Of a DNA stretch of 64,000 bases, positions 28,813-40,660 are shown piece by piece. Position 1 is the stretch's first letter. Every line of letters starts with the position of its first letter. The DNA lies in the NCBI GenBank assembly GCA_002104945.1, contig MCFH01000049.1, positions 124,001 through 188,000 of the forward strand, given 5' to 3'. The position numbers and the translations under genes were made by a program. Source of the DNA: Piromyces finnis finn. Taxonomy: Eukaryota; Fungi; Neocallimastigomycota. The notes under the pieces were generated by a model. It was not told the origin of the DNA, made no database searches, and saw only the letters and a list, made by a program, of their open reading frames with translations.

Positions 28813-29364
28813 TTTTTTGAATTACTTTTTTTTTTTTTGTCAATTAATATTATTGATAAAGAAAAGATAGGAAAAGCGAATTTTTCTTGTTTTTTTTTAG
28901 AAAGAGTTCCCTTAAATATGCCTTTTGAATAAGTTAATTTTATTGGTTGAAAAGCTTCCTTTTCCTTATTAACATATAATTTCGGACAGTTAAAATTTTA
29001 TAATAAATTATAAATTCATGATTTTTTATTTTTTTGATTTTTTAATATTATTTAAATTATATAATTATTTCTTTTTCTATTATTCATTAAAACTTTTATT
29101 ATTTAGATATAAAAAAAAATAAAGGATATACCTTTTTTTTTTTTATTTTTTTATTACTACTAAACTATATTTATTTTTTCATAGCTATTATTTTAGTTAT
29201 AATCACTATTACTATAGAGAGAGTATTGGTATCATTCTTTTTTTAGACTATTTTAAAATAATGAATATATTTATTTATATATTAAAATGTTTTAATGAAA
29301 ATATTTTAAAGCATGGATAAATATTTTAAATGTTACCACTCTAATTTCATCATAATATCAACAT

Positions 29365-29817
29365 TTAATATATTTTCATTTTTCTATTTATTGATACTGC
29401 AAGTACAAATGGTAATTTCCTGACTCTGTCCACTAATTCAGTAGAAAGCCAAACATAAAGTACACTTTTTCCTTTAAGACTTGAAATTTCATAAACATAA
29501 CCAGAATCACCATAATCAACTAAATAATTATTACGATTTTTATCATGATCCAATTGTATTTCTTCAAATCTATTTTGATCTTTAAAAGTACCTTTATTTT
29601 CCAAAATAAGTTTATGAATAGTTTCAATTGCTTGTGATTTATCTTTTGTATTAATAATTACTAAATAACTTCCATCATCTGTTAATGTATTATCTGGATT
29701 AGGTATTCTCCTCCTACCCAATCGATTCATAGGATTTATTGATGAATATCCTATATCCATAGCATTAACAATAAGGATTAAGATACATATGAAATAGTAA
29801 TAATAAATAGATTTCAT
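29365..29817 (-). CDS. Small secreted protein resembling a stand-alone subtilisin (S8) prodomain / I9-type inhibitor
   Basis: Signal peptide followed by YLVII...IHKLILENKGTF...YEISSLKGKSVLYVWLSTELVDRVRKLPFVLAVSINRK, an I9-like ending. No catalytic domain follows. Confidence 0.55.
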   Translation of the reverse strand: MKSIYYYYFICILILIVNAMDIGYSSINPMNRLGRRRIPNPDNTLTDDGSYLVIINTKDKSQAIETIHKLILENKGTFKDQNRFEEIQLDHDKNRNNYLVDYGDSGYVYEISSLKGKSVLYVWLSTELVDRVRKLPFVLAVSINRKMKIY

Positions 29818-31467
29818 TTTTATTTATTATTATTTTGCCTTTTCTTTTTAACAATTATATATATATATTAAATAGATTTTTTTTTATTATTATTATTATT
29901 ATTATTTATTAGTTATATTTTTTTATATATTTTATAATTTGGTATAAACGAAACAATACTTTCTACTATTTTACTTTTTGTTTTTTATTAGAAAAATGAT
30001 AGGAATAAACATAAACGTACAATTTTATGTCATCTCAAAGATAAAGACCAGTTTTTCTTTTTTTTTATTATTTATATTTTAATTATGAAAAACTCTAATA
30101 ATTCTAAAATTTATCTGAATTTAAAAACTCAACTTTAATATATAAATGAATGAATTATTAATAAATTAAATAAATATCTATTATTAATTAAATAAATAAC
30201 AGAAATTAATAAATTTTAATTTTTTACTTTATATTGGTTTAAATCAAATAGTAAAAAATAAACTAATAAAGAAAAAAAAGTTATTAATTGTTGTTTGTTT
30301 GCTTTATTGCAATGGCATTAAAAATAAAAGTTTATTGATTTACTAGAATATTTATAAAAAAAAAGAGAAATCTTTTTCGAAAAAGTATAATAAAGAAATA
30401 ATAAAAACGTTTGAATTAAAGTGTTTTTTTTATTTCTTAAAAATTCAAAAATAGAATGAGTAAAAACGTAAAAAACTATTATCATTTTTATTAGCATGCT
30501 TTATCAAATCATTTTGAATAGAAATAAAAAAAAAAAAAAAAGGAAAAGGTAAACGATTTATTTCAGTGGTTCATTTCACCACATCCACATTTGCATTCCC
30601 TTTAATAAATTGTCAATTTTTAATTTGTTTTATTATTAAAAAAAAAAAAGTATTTTAATCTTGATTTTCTAAAAAATATATATAAAATAGAATATTCTAT
30701 TATTATTATTATTCATTATTATTTTTATTATATTTAGTACTTTTCAATACAAAAAGTGCACTTTTTCTTTTGTGTTTTCATCAATATAAATTTAATTTAT
30801 TTAATATATGATAGAGTACATTCATACATATATTAAATTAATTAAATTCACCTTTTTATTTAGAAAAATCTTTAATTTTGAAAAGTATAATATATAAATT
30901 ATAATTTAAATAATATAAATTAATATATTGATATATCGAATCAATTCAATATAATAAATATATTGAAGAAAAAACTATAAAAAGGCATCTTTTTCACCAA
31001 AAATTTAAAGAAATTGAAATAAAAATAAACAAAAAAGTCAATTATAGTAATTAAAAAAAAAAGGTAACATTTTAAAAGAAAAGAGAAGGAATTTATATGA
31101 ATGAAAGAAAAAAATAACATTTTTTTTTACATAAGAAAGGAGTTTAAAATTATCTAATTTCTTTCTTTTTTTTTTTTCATTACAAACTATATATTATAAA
31201 ATTATTATAAACTATATAAGGTACAATTGAAAAAAGATATTAACTTTTATATTTTTATATATATAACAATTTATAAAATATAATTTTAACAATTAAAAAA
31301 AAACAACAACTGGTATTTATTCATTTTCATTATAAATATCTATTTTTCTTAAACTTGCTAATATTTTCATAAAGTTATTAAATAATAATAAATAATTTTT
31401 ATTCAATTACTTTCAACAACAACAACAACAGTAATAAAATCAAAAATAATAATAATAAATAAAAAAA

Positions 31468-32181
31468 ATGAGAGTTAAATCTATAGTTACTGCTTTATTT
31501 GGTTTAACTTTAGCAAATGCCAAGTTAATTATGCTTATTCGTCATGGTGAAAAAATTGACGATGAACATACTGATCTTTCACCACAAGGTCAAGCTAGAG
31601 CAGATTGTTTGAATGAAGTATTTGGTAGTAATGGTTACTTAACAACACCACAAAAAATATATGCTCAAAGACCAACTGAGCAAAGAAAATCAACTAGACC
31701 AAAAGATACAGTTACACCATTAGCTAATAGTCTTGGTCTTCAAGTTGACTTATCTTTTACTAGTGGTAAATACAAAGATCTTGCTAAAACAATTTATTCT
31801 TCTCCAGAAGAAGTTATTCTTGTTTGCTGGGGTAATGATAGAATTCCAAATATTGCTAATGAATTAGGTATTGATTCTGCTCCAGAATGGAAAGGTAAAG
31901 TCTTTGATGATGTATGGATTCTTACAGATAACATGACACCTTATACCAATTCAAATATTCAACCTTATCGTATTTTCTATGGTGACAAAGGATTAGATAT
32001 GTATGTTGTTAAGGAATATATTGATCAATGTATTAGTAATCGTTTAGCTACAAATGTTGTTAACAAAAATGACAATGCTTCAATCATTCAAGAACCTAAT
32101 AATTCTGGTTCTGAAATGATTAAAATTAATGCTATGGCTGTTGCTGCTGTTTTAAGTACTTTTCTTTATTTATTATTTTAA
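31468..32181 (+). CDS. Secreted, probably GPI-anchored histidine phosphatase (PGM-like) family protein, copy 1
   Basis: Signal peptide, LIRHGEK, LSPQGQARA, RPKDTVTPLA and a hydrophobic C-terminus. Intronless. Confidence 0.85.
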   Translation: MRVKSIVTALFGLTLANAKLIMLIRHGEKIDDEHTDLSPQGQARADCLNEVFGSNGYLTTPQKIYAQRPTEQRKSTRPKDTVTPLANSLGLQVDLSFTSGKYKDLAKTIYSSPEEVILVCWGNDRIPNIANELGIDSAPEWKGKVFDDVWILTDNMTPYTNSNIQPYRIFYGDKGLDMYVVKEYIDQCISNRLATNVVNKNDNASIIQEPNNSGSEMIKINAMAVAAVLSTFLYLLF

Positions 32182-32478
32182 AAATAATAAATAAGAAAAG
32201 GACAGAAGCATGAAAAATATAAGATTAACAATCTTGTATGAAGTGGAAGATATTTTTTCCAAAAAAAATATATACTAACTCTCATCAATAAAAAATATAT
32301 AGCATTAGTATACTCTTATTCTCTTTATACAATACATATTTATATACAAAACAAAACAAAAAAAATAGTTATAATTATCTATAGATAAATTATTTTATTA
32401 TTTAGTCAATTGTGTATTATCTAATTAAAAAGAAATAAATAATATATTTTTGTGTAAATAAATATTTTGGACATATAT

Positions 32479-32510
<32 letters not shown>

Positions 32511-34026
32511 GCATTATCACAATAATATAATATAGTAAATTATTTGTTTTTAACAAATAATAATAATAATAATAATCAAAATAGTAATAACATAATCATA
32601 ATATAGTAAAAAAAAAAAAAAAGTTTTATTATAATAAAATAGTATTTTTCTTATAGTAAAAAAAAACAATGATTAAAACGATTAAAAAAAAAAAAAAAAA
32701 AAGGTATTTTAATTGTATACTTTTAAATTATAACATCAATCAGGTATTTTCAATTTCTTTTTAATTTCTTTTGTTTTTAAAAAGTAACCTTTTATTTTAT
32801 ACATTATGTTTTTAAAAAAGAATACTTTTTTTTAAAGATTTATTAGAATTGATATTAAAAAAGAAAAGAAAAAGTGATATATTAATATTAATATATATTG
32901 ATTAGTTTGCCTTTATTTTTGAAATAAAAATATAATTTTAAAACCTTTTAGTGTTATTTTATACATTATTACTGATAGTAATACTACTACTATGAGAATC
33001 AATCAAATCTTGCTTAATTTTGTAAAGTAAAAAAAAAAAAAAACGAGATGGAATTTCCTTATATCAAATGAAAAATCATCATAAAAAAAAGCAATTTTTC
33101 ATTTTTTCTTTTTTGAAATAAAAAGTTAAAAGTAATAAAGAGAATTGAATATGAATTAATAGCTAATAAACATAAAAAAAAAAGAGGATATTTTTCAATT
33201 CCTCTATATATACTTTACTGTTTAACTATTTGAAAAATAAAACTTTTTTATTACATCATATAACCTAACCTTTAATTATTTTTACATTTTAAATACATTA
33301 TCAAATATGTATTATGATAATGTATTTTAAAAATATTAACTATTAAAGTTTTAATTTAAAAACGGCAAATTTATATATTATTAATATATATTAATATATT
33401 TTAATATAAATATATATTAAAATATATTTTGGTAAATATATTGGTTATATGTTATTTATATATTACTTATATATATTAATTCTATTTTAATTAATTTTAT
33501 AAAAATAGCATTTTTTATTTTAGATTAAATTTAATCTATTATGAATAATATTATAAATATATTAATTATATGAATAAAATGGATCAAAATGAGTAATATT
33601 AATTTAAATTCAATATAATCTAATATATAGTATTTGTGTACTATGTAATAATATTATATAAAAATAAAAAACTCTATTTTTTGATATTTTAATTCTCAAT
33701 TAAAAAAAAAAAAGGCAATCGTTTAAAAGTGACCATCTTTTTTGACGTTATTGAATAATAATTAAAAGAAAGAAAAAAAAAAAAAAGAGGGAATTGAATA
33801 AACAAACAAAAAAAAAATATTAAATTTCAAAAAAAAAAAGAAAATTATCAATTTGAATTTCAATAAAATCAATTTTTTTTTTTTCATCTAAATAATTTGT
33901 GTGTGGTGCAAAGGCATAAAGTTTGATTGCTAGTAAAACAATTGAATTATAATTTATATATAAAACAGTACTATACAATATATTTATAATATTCCACAGT
34001 AAAAAAAATTTTACATTATTAAAAAA

Positions 34027-35037
34027 ATGAGATTAAAGTTTATTGCCAGTACTTTATTAAGCTTAGCTGTTGCTAATGCTAAGCTTATTATGATTATTCG
34101 TCATGGTGAAAAACTAAATGATAAGGTTACTAATCTTTCAGAAAAGGGACAAGCTAGAGCAGATTGTTTAATTGAAGCATTTGGTCAAAATGGAGTTTAT
34201 GCTACTCCACAAAAAATTTTTGCACAAAGTCCAAGTGAAAAAAAGCAATCAACTCGTCCAAGAGATACTGTTATTCCATTAGCTAATAGTCTTGGTTTAC
34301 AAGTAGATTTATCCTATACTAGTAATAAAGTAAAAAAATTAGCAAATGATATTGAAAATTCTTCAGAGGAAGTTATTTTAATTTCATGGTCTAGTGATAA
34401 AATTAAAGATATTGCAGAAAAATTTGGTATTAAAAAGGCTCCTAAATACGATAATGATGCTTTTGATGATATTTATATTATTACTGATAATACTATACCA
34501 TTTGTAAAGAAAACCGGTGTAAATATCACTCCAAATGAAACTCGTTTTGGTAAAGATGGAATGAATTTATATATTGTTAAAGAAAACGTTGATGAATGTA
34601 TTAACCGTGTTATCAGTAGTATAAATAATAAATCCTATAATTCAGCAAGCATTAATACTAACAATGTCAGTAATAATAATAATAATAATTATAATAGTAA
34701 CAATAATTATAATACCAATGCTAATACTAGCAACTACAATGGCCAAGCTATTCCTAATAATAATAGCAACTATAATTATGGAAACACTAATAATAATAGT
34801 CAAGTTGTTGGAAATGGTCAAGCAACTGGATATGATCAAAATACATCAAATTATTATAATCAAGGTACTCAAGGAACAGATCAAAATATATATGATGAAA
34901 GTAGTTTAACAAATTCACCACAATCAAATAATACAGGAAATAATGACTATGTTATTACTTCTGATTCCTATATATTAAAAACTAGTATTATTGCTATAGC
35001 AGGATTGGTTGTAGCAGCTCTTTGTATTATTTATTGA
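34027..35037 (+). CDS. Secreted, probably GPI-anchored histidine phosphatase (PGM-like) family protein, copy 2, with a long N/Q-rich stalk
   Basis: Paralog of 31468-32181 with IIRHGEK and RPRDTVIPLA, an N-rich linker and a hydrophobic tail. Confidence 0.85.
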   Translation: MRLKFIASTLLSLAVANAKLIMIIRHGEKLNDKVTNLSEKGQARADCLIEAFGQNGVYATPQKIFAQSPSEKKQSTRPRDTVIPLANSLGLQVDLSYTSNKVKKLANDIENSSEEVILISWSSDKIKDIAEKFGIKKAPKYDNDAFDDIYIITDNTIPFVKKTGVNITPNETRFGKDGMNLYIVKENVDECINRVISSINNKSYNSASINTNNVSNNNNNNYNSNNNYNTNANTSNYNGQAIPNNNSNYNYGNTNNNSQVVGNGQATGYDQNTSNYYNQGTQGTDQNIYDESSLTNSPQSNNTGNNDYVITSDSYILKTSIIAIAGLVVAALCIIY

Positions 35038-36067
35038 CTATATGGTAAAATATCAAAGAAAAAATATTCTAGAATTTAAAAAAAATAATAATAAATGACA
35101 TAAATACTTTGAGAAATTAAAGACAATTGATTTCATCTTATAAATATTAAAAGAATTATTTTTTTTTTTTGCATTAAATATTTATAATATATATATAAAA
35201 GAGGACAATTTATTTCTTTTCGTATACATTTTTCTTTTCATCTAATAATTTCAAAATCAGAACTAATTTATTAAACAATATTTACTTTATTATATGTATA
35301 AATATAATTTAAACAAAAAACTAAATAAAAATAAAAATAAAAATAATAATCAAAGTAATAATAGTTTAACACTTTTAAATAATTGTCACAACATAAAATA
35401 AATATAAATCATATAAAGTGCCTTTATTAATAGTAATAATTATAAAGTATGAAGATAAAAGTTATTTTGATGGTAGATATATGTTTAAAAAAAATGAAAT
35501 ATTTATTCTTGTTCATGTTGGTAAATGTTTTACTAAGAAGTAGTTATTGAAACGTTACGTTATTACTATTAGTTTTTATTGTTTAAAAATAAATAAAAAA
35601 GACAATATACTTTATTCGATATCTTTAATTACAAATAAACTAAATAAATATAAAAATTTTAATCTTTTATTTTTTGGGTCTCTGTAAAATTGAAAATATA
35701 AAATATCAACAATGAGTATAATGTTCAGATTTTAATGAATGAAAAAATAAAAGGTAAATTTTATATATTTTATATATAAAATATTATAATGGTCATTATT
35801 TATTATTTGCTTCTTCTACAAAAGTAATTTTTATATTTTAATAAATTTTATTAAAATAGTTTTGCAACCAATCATATTTCAATAAAATGTTAATTATATG
35901 ACTTAACAAAAAAATTTCATTTTTATTTAATATTTTTATAATATTAACAAAAGTCAATAATTATGAATAATAAATGCTTTAATAATAATAAAAAGATTTT
36001 AGTATTAGTATATTATTAAAATAAAATACAGTTAATTTATAAGTTATAACAATTATATATTATTAAT

Positions 36068-36814
36068 ATGTTATATTTAATTACATATATACTTGCTTAT
36101 ATTCCTTTAATATATAGTTTAAATGTAGCTATTAATAATGTACCTGATAATTTTGTTCTTAAATATAAAGAAGCAATATGGGGTGAAGATTTCAATCATG
36201 AATATTATTGTAGAGAAAATAATTGTATTGAAATAAAATATAATGAGGAATTAAATACTTTTATTGAATTTCCTGATGAAAATAACAATTTAAAATATTA
36301 TATTACTGATTTTTTTATATATGATGATAACTTAAAAAAATTTTTAAGTTTTTATGATGGTTATTATTCTTATGATAATAGTACTTATATATCTGTAAAA
36401 TGTAATAATGATTCTGATTGTTTATATAATAAATGTATTGAAAATCATTGTGCATATAATATATATAATGATGTTTCACCAGTAACTAATTGTACTACTA
36501 TTTATAAAGTATTTGCATTATTTGATTATTCATATGTACATTGTGGTAGACCTCATAATGCTCCATGTACTAAAGATAATGAATGTGCTTCTAAAAGTTG
36601 TTCAACATATGATAGATATAGAAATTTAGGTGTTAATACATGCAATTATGTTTCAACTAATAATTTTCCTTCAGATTCTACTCATATTAAAAAAATTGTA
36701 CAAACTTGTATTTGTATAATAATATTAATATGTTTATGTATATTAATGTGTATCATTAGATGTTGTTATAAAATTTATTTAAAATATAAAGATTATGATT
36801 TTAATAAAATTTAA
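36068..36814 (+). CDS. Cys-rich single-pass membrane protein of a lineage-expanded family
   Basis: Signal peptide, C-x2-D-x-DC-x3-C and CGR...CTKDNECASKSC motifs, and a C-terminal TM helix (CICIIILICLCILMCII). Confidence 0.75.
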   Translation: MLYLITYILAYIPLIYSLNVAINNVPDNFVLKYKEAIWGEDFNHEYYCRENNCIEIKYNEELNTFIEFPDENNNLKYYITDFFIYDDNLKKFLSFYDGYYSYDNSTYISVKCNNDSDCLYNKCIENHCAYNIYNDVSPVTNCTTIYKVFALFDYSYVHCGRPHNAPCTKDNECASKSCSTYDRYRNLGVNTCNYVSTNNFPSDSTHIKKIVQTCICIIILICLCILMCIIRCCYKIYLKYKDYDFNKI

Positions 36815-37060
36815 AATAAATAAGTCATTTTTAATCAATAATAAAATATTTATTATTGTTTAAAAAATACATAATTATAAACAAATAGTAATAGTTGATG
36901 ATTTTAATGAAAATATAAATATTCGTAGCTGCTTTATTATTTTAAAAGATTTTATTATAAGTATAATAATAATTACTTTATATTTTAATTTTATATTAAT
37001 TCAATATTATTGTTAATTATAATAATTAATATATAAAATGATTATTATATATTTAAAAAT

Positions 37061-38864
37061 ATGTATAAACATATATTTTTAGTTATTGAAAATATATTAT
37101 TACTATATTATTTAATGAATATTATTCAATTAATCCATAATTTACTACAAAATGAAAAATGTTTATCTAATAAATATAAAATAATAATAAATAATGAATG
37201 TTTTTCATTCTTTGAAGGAATAAGTATTATTAATTGCAATAATCTTACTAAAGATCAATATATTATTAACTATAGCAATAATAATATAAATGGCAATCTA
37301 AATAATATTTTACTTATTAATACTTTGGATAAAATATGCAATGAAAAAGTATTTAAATATAATTTTGATTTGAAAGATACAACAAAAACAAAATTTTATA
37401 TATCTATAAACTATAAACATACCTTCATATATTCTTAAAGATATTTATAATAAAATAATAAAGTTAGATTTACCAAGTACTTGTCAATATGTAACTGCTT
37501 TTATCAAAAGAATAAATTACTATCATTACTTTAATAAAAGGTATACTGAAACGTATCAATATAATCAATTATTAATTGCAGAAGAAAGAAATAAGGATGT
37601 TAAATATTCAGATAATTTCATAATTATTAAATGTTGTCATGATAGTATAAGAATTACTAAAAATAAAATAACATTTTATGAAAGAGATACTTATGATAGT
37701 ATTATTCGTAAATTATTACCATGTTTAAATTATTCAAGTGATCAAATACTAATTAGATTCAAACCAAGTATTGTTTCTTTTACATACCCAATAAATATAA
37801 ATTTCCAATTGTTTGATTTGATGTTATATGAAAATGCTTTATATTCTTATATATATACCGATGAAAATGAAGATATAATAAAAAATAAAGAAAAATTGGT
37901 ATATACAATAAATATCTTTAATCAGTCATAAAATATGAAACTTTATAACAAGTATAAACAATTTACAGAAACTATTCAATTTCAAGAATAAGAATGGTAT
38001 ATGTATATGACTGTTAAAAAGTTATTAAAATATCTTTATTTATTATATATTGATTTTCATACAAGTTATTATAAAAGAAATAAAATATTAAATATTCCAT
38101 TAAAAATAAATTATAATCGATTATTTGGAAAATATTATACTAGATATTTTAATAATAAAGATAAGGTATTATCAGTAATTGCTGATAAAGAGGAATGTAT
38201 TAAGAATAATATACCGTATGTACAGTGGAATAATAATTATTATAAATCACTAGAAAATTCAGGATATAAAATTATTCTTTCAACAAATAAAAATTCTACT
38301 GATAATAACTTTGTATTTCATGATAAAAAGATATTATTTGATTCAGAATCAGAATCAAATCTTGTTCCTAAATGTGTTAAAGTGATAAGAAAGTACAAAG
38401 AAAAAGAAAAATCTGTTTATTTTAATATAGCTTATAAACTAGACAAACATTGTAAAGGAAAGTTTCCTTCCAATTTATTTATTTCTTATGGTTATGAATT
38501 ACAAGGATTATATAGACAATATTTTGATATTCCAGAAATAAATAATAAATTTATAATATGCTCTAAATGTAATAAATTCATTAATATTCTTAGTCAGAAG
38601 GAATTAGTAAATTGTGTAAAGGAAAAGTTTAAGAATAAACAATTAAAACTAATAAATGAAAATTATAGTTACAATGATATTAATATACTTTCTTTTTCAG
38701 TAGATAATAATATGAGTATATATCCATATTGTGTTTTTGATTATGTCTACAATTGTAATTCTTCTTTTCCTTTTTTAATAATAATGTTAAATTCATTCTT
38801 TGGCAAAATTTCATTAGTAAAAAAAATACATATAGTAATATTAAATACATATTATATGATATAA
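37061..38864 (+). pseudogene. Intronless ~580-codon pseudogene of unknown, possibly viral, origin
   Basis: A 7-bp tandem duplication (ctataaa, ~37404-37417) shifts the frame. Removing it gives a frame that is open through to 38864 except for TAA at 37929-37931 and a second TAA near 37986, linking ORFs 37061 and 38001. Confidence 0.7.
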
Positions 38865-39869
38865 TATAATTTATATCTTTATTTATGTGTTTTATTTTTA
38901 TAAAAATAAACCCCTCGTTTAAAAAAATATATGAGATAATAATAATGAATATAATATTAATAATATTCATTATTATTATAATTTTATAATTCATCAATAT
39001 TTCATCATTCAATTCAAAAATATTATTAAAATTATCATTATTGATGTTATAGTATCATATACAATTCTATTATAATCTGTATTTTCCCATATTACCTCTA
39101 AATATGTAATTATTATTGACTTAAATAACAGTATATTTCCTTCAGACTTACACCATGTTGGAATCATACCGTTAATAATTTGTTACGGTGAAAAATAATA
39201 AACTTTGATTGACTATTAATAATTACACAACATCAACATCTCATTATGAAAAAATTAAACTAATATTATTTTTGATTTTGAAATCCTTTTCACTTTTATA
39301 TATTCTTAATTTTTTAATATATTAGTTAATTCATATTTAAATATTTTTTCTTTGAAATATTCACCAAACTCTAAATTTCATCAAATCTTGATATTTTTTA
39401 ATTTTCAAACCTTCAATTATTTTTATCAATTTTTTTTTTTAATAATTCATTCTACTTAAATAATTATTTTTTTTTGGTTTATATAAATTTGGTAATGAAT
39501 AAATTGACATAAGTATTACATCTTTTATACTAAACATGAAGTATTAACTCTGCAAATAATTTAAAAAATTATTCCACCTTAAAAAAAAATAGTATGGTGA
39601 ATAAGTTCATTATATGAATATGAATAATACAAAAATTTTATAAATTAAAAAAAAAAAAATAAATTTAAAATTAAATTTTTAAAAGTGGAAATCTTTCCGC
39701 CAATAAGAATAATTTAAATATTTACAATTAAAATATAAATAATGAAAACTTTATTAAAAAATACTTTAAATAAAAAAATAATGAAAAAAGTTCAATTATG
39801 TCAATTATTCATTCATATAAAAATACTTTAAATAATAAAAAAGAGAAAATAAGTATAAATAAATAATAT

Positions 39870-40070
39870 GTTATGGGATTAACATTATTATTAATTTTGT
39901 TACTACGTTTGTAAAGAATATAATGAAAATATTGTTAACTATTTAATTGAAAATGAAAAAATGTAAAGATTAAAGATTAAGTTTGAACTTACACCACTAA
40001 ATAATGTCATGTCAATGTAATTAGAAATGAAAATATAATTAACTATTTAATTGAAAAAGGTATCATCGAA
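39870..40070 (+). pseudogene. Decayed ankyrin-repeat fragment
   Basis: Two repeated units, YVCKEYNENIVNYLIENE and TPLN...RNENIINYLIEKG, with frameshifts. Confidence 0.45.
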
Positions 40071-40559
40071 AATCTAAAATTTAATAAATTAAATGAAATA
40101 ATGTCATTATAATATTATTCAAAAAAACAAACAAACAAACAAACATATATTTATTTTATTTGATAGAAATTTATTTTTTTTTTTTTTTTATCTCTTGTAA
40201 TAGTTTTCTTTATGTTATTTTTATAATTCAAAAAAAAATAAAAAATAAAAAATAAAACCATTTGATATAATATTTTTTTTATATAAATGTATATATATTT
40301 TATTTTTCTAATATTTCATTTCATATTTTTTTAAATTCAAATAATAATTAAATCAAATTTTATTTAATTTTATGTTTGAATTATAATTATTTTTTTTTAT
40401 ATACTAAGAAAAGAATAATAAAAAAAAAAATAACTAAAATAAGAATAATTTTAAATATAAAAATTGAAAATATTAAAAATATTTATAATTTATATAAATA
40501 TAAATAAAATAACTTTTATTCATTAGCTATACTATCAATAAATAAATAAATGAATTCAA

Positions 40560-40660
40560 ATAAAAATTTAAGAAATAATCAATTAACTGATAAAATTATT
40601 GATATTGACAGTTTAACCTACTTGCATATATTGGAAATAAAATTGGTAATGATGAAAATC
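40560..40660 (+). pseudogene. Decayed leucine-rich-repeat fragment
   Basis: KNLRNNQLTDKIIDIDSLTYLHILEI fits the LxxNxL..I..LxxLxxL pattern. Confidence 0.35.

Noticed and set aside
30566-30582. GTGGT...ACCAC hairpin in a slightly GC-richer island
   Set aside because: The stem is only 5 bp and there are no snoRNA or tRNA features.
30301-33960. Weak similarity between 30308-30345 and 33918-33945 (gcaa.ggcat.aa...gttt..tt..tag)
   Set aside because: It is too short and AT-rich, and its position relative to the gene starts is inconsistent, so it was not called a shared element.
34642-34909. I-rich ORFs on both strands
   Set aside because: They are shadows of the Asn-rich stalk of the histidine phosphatase.
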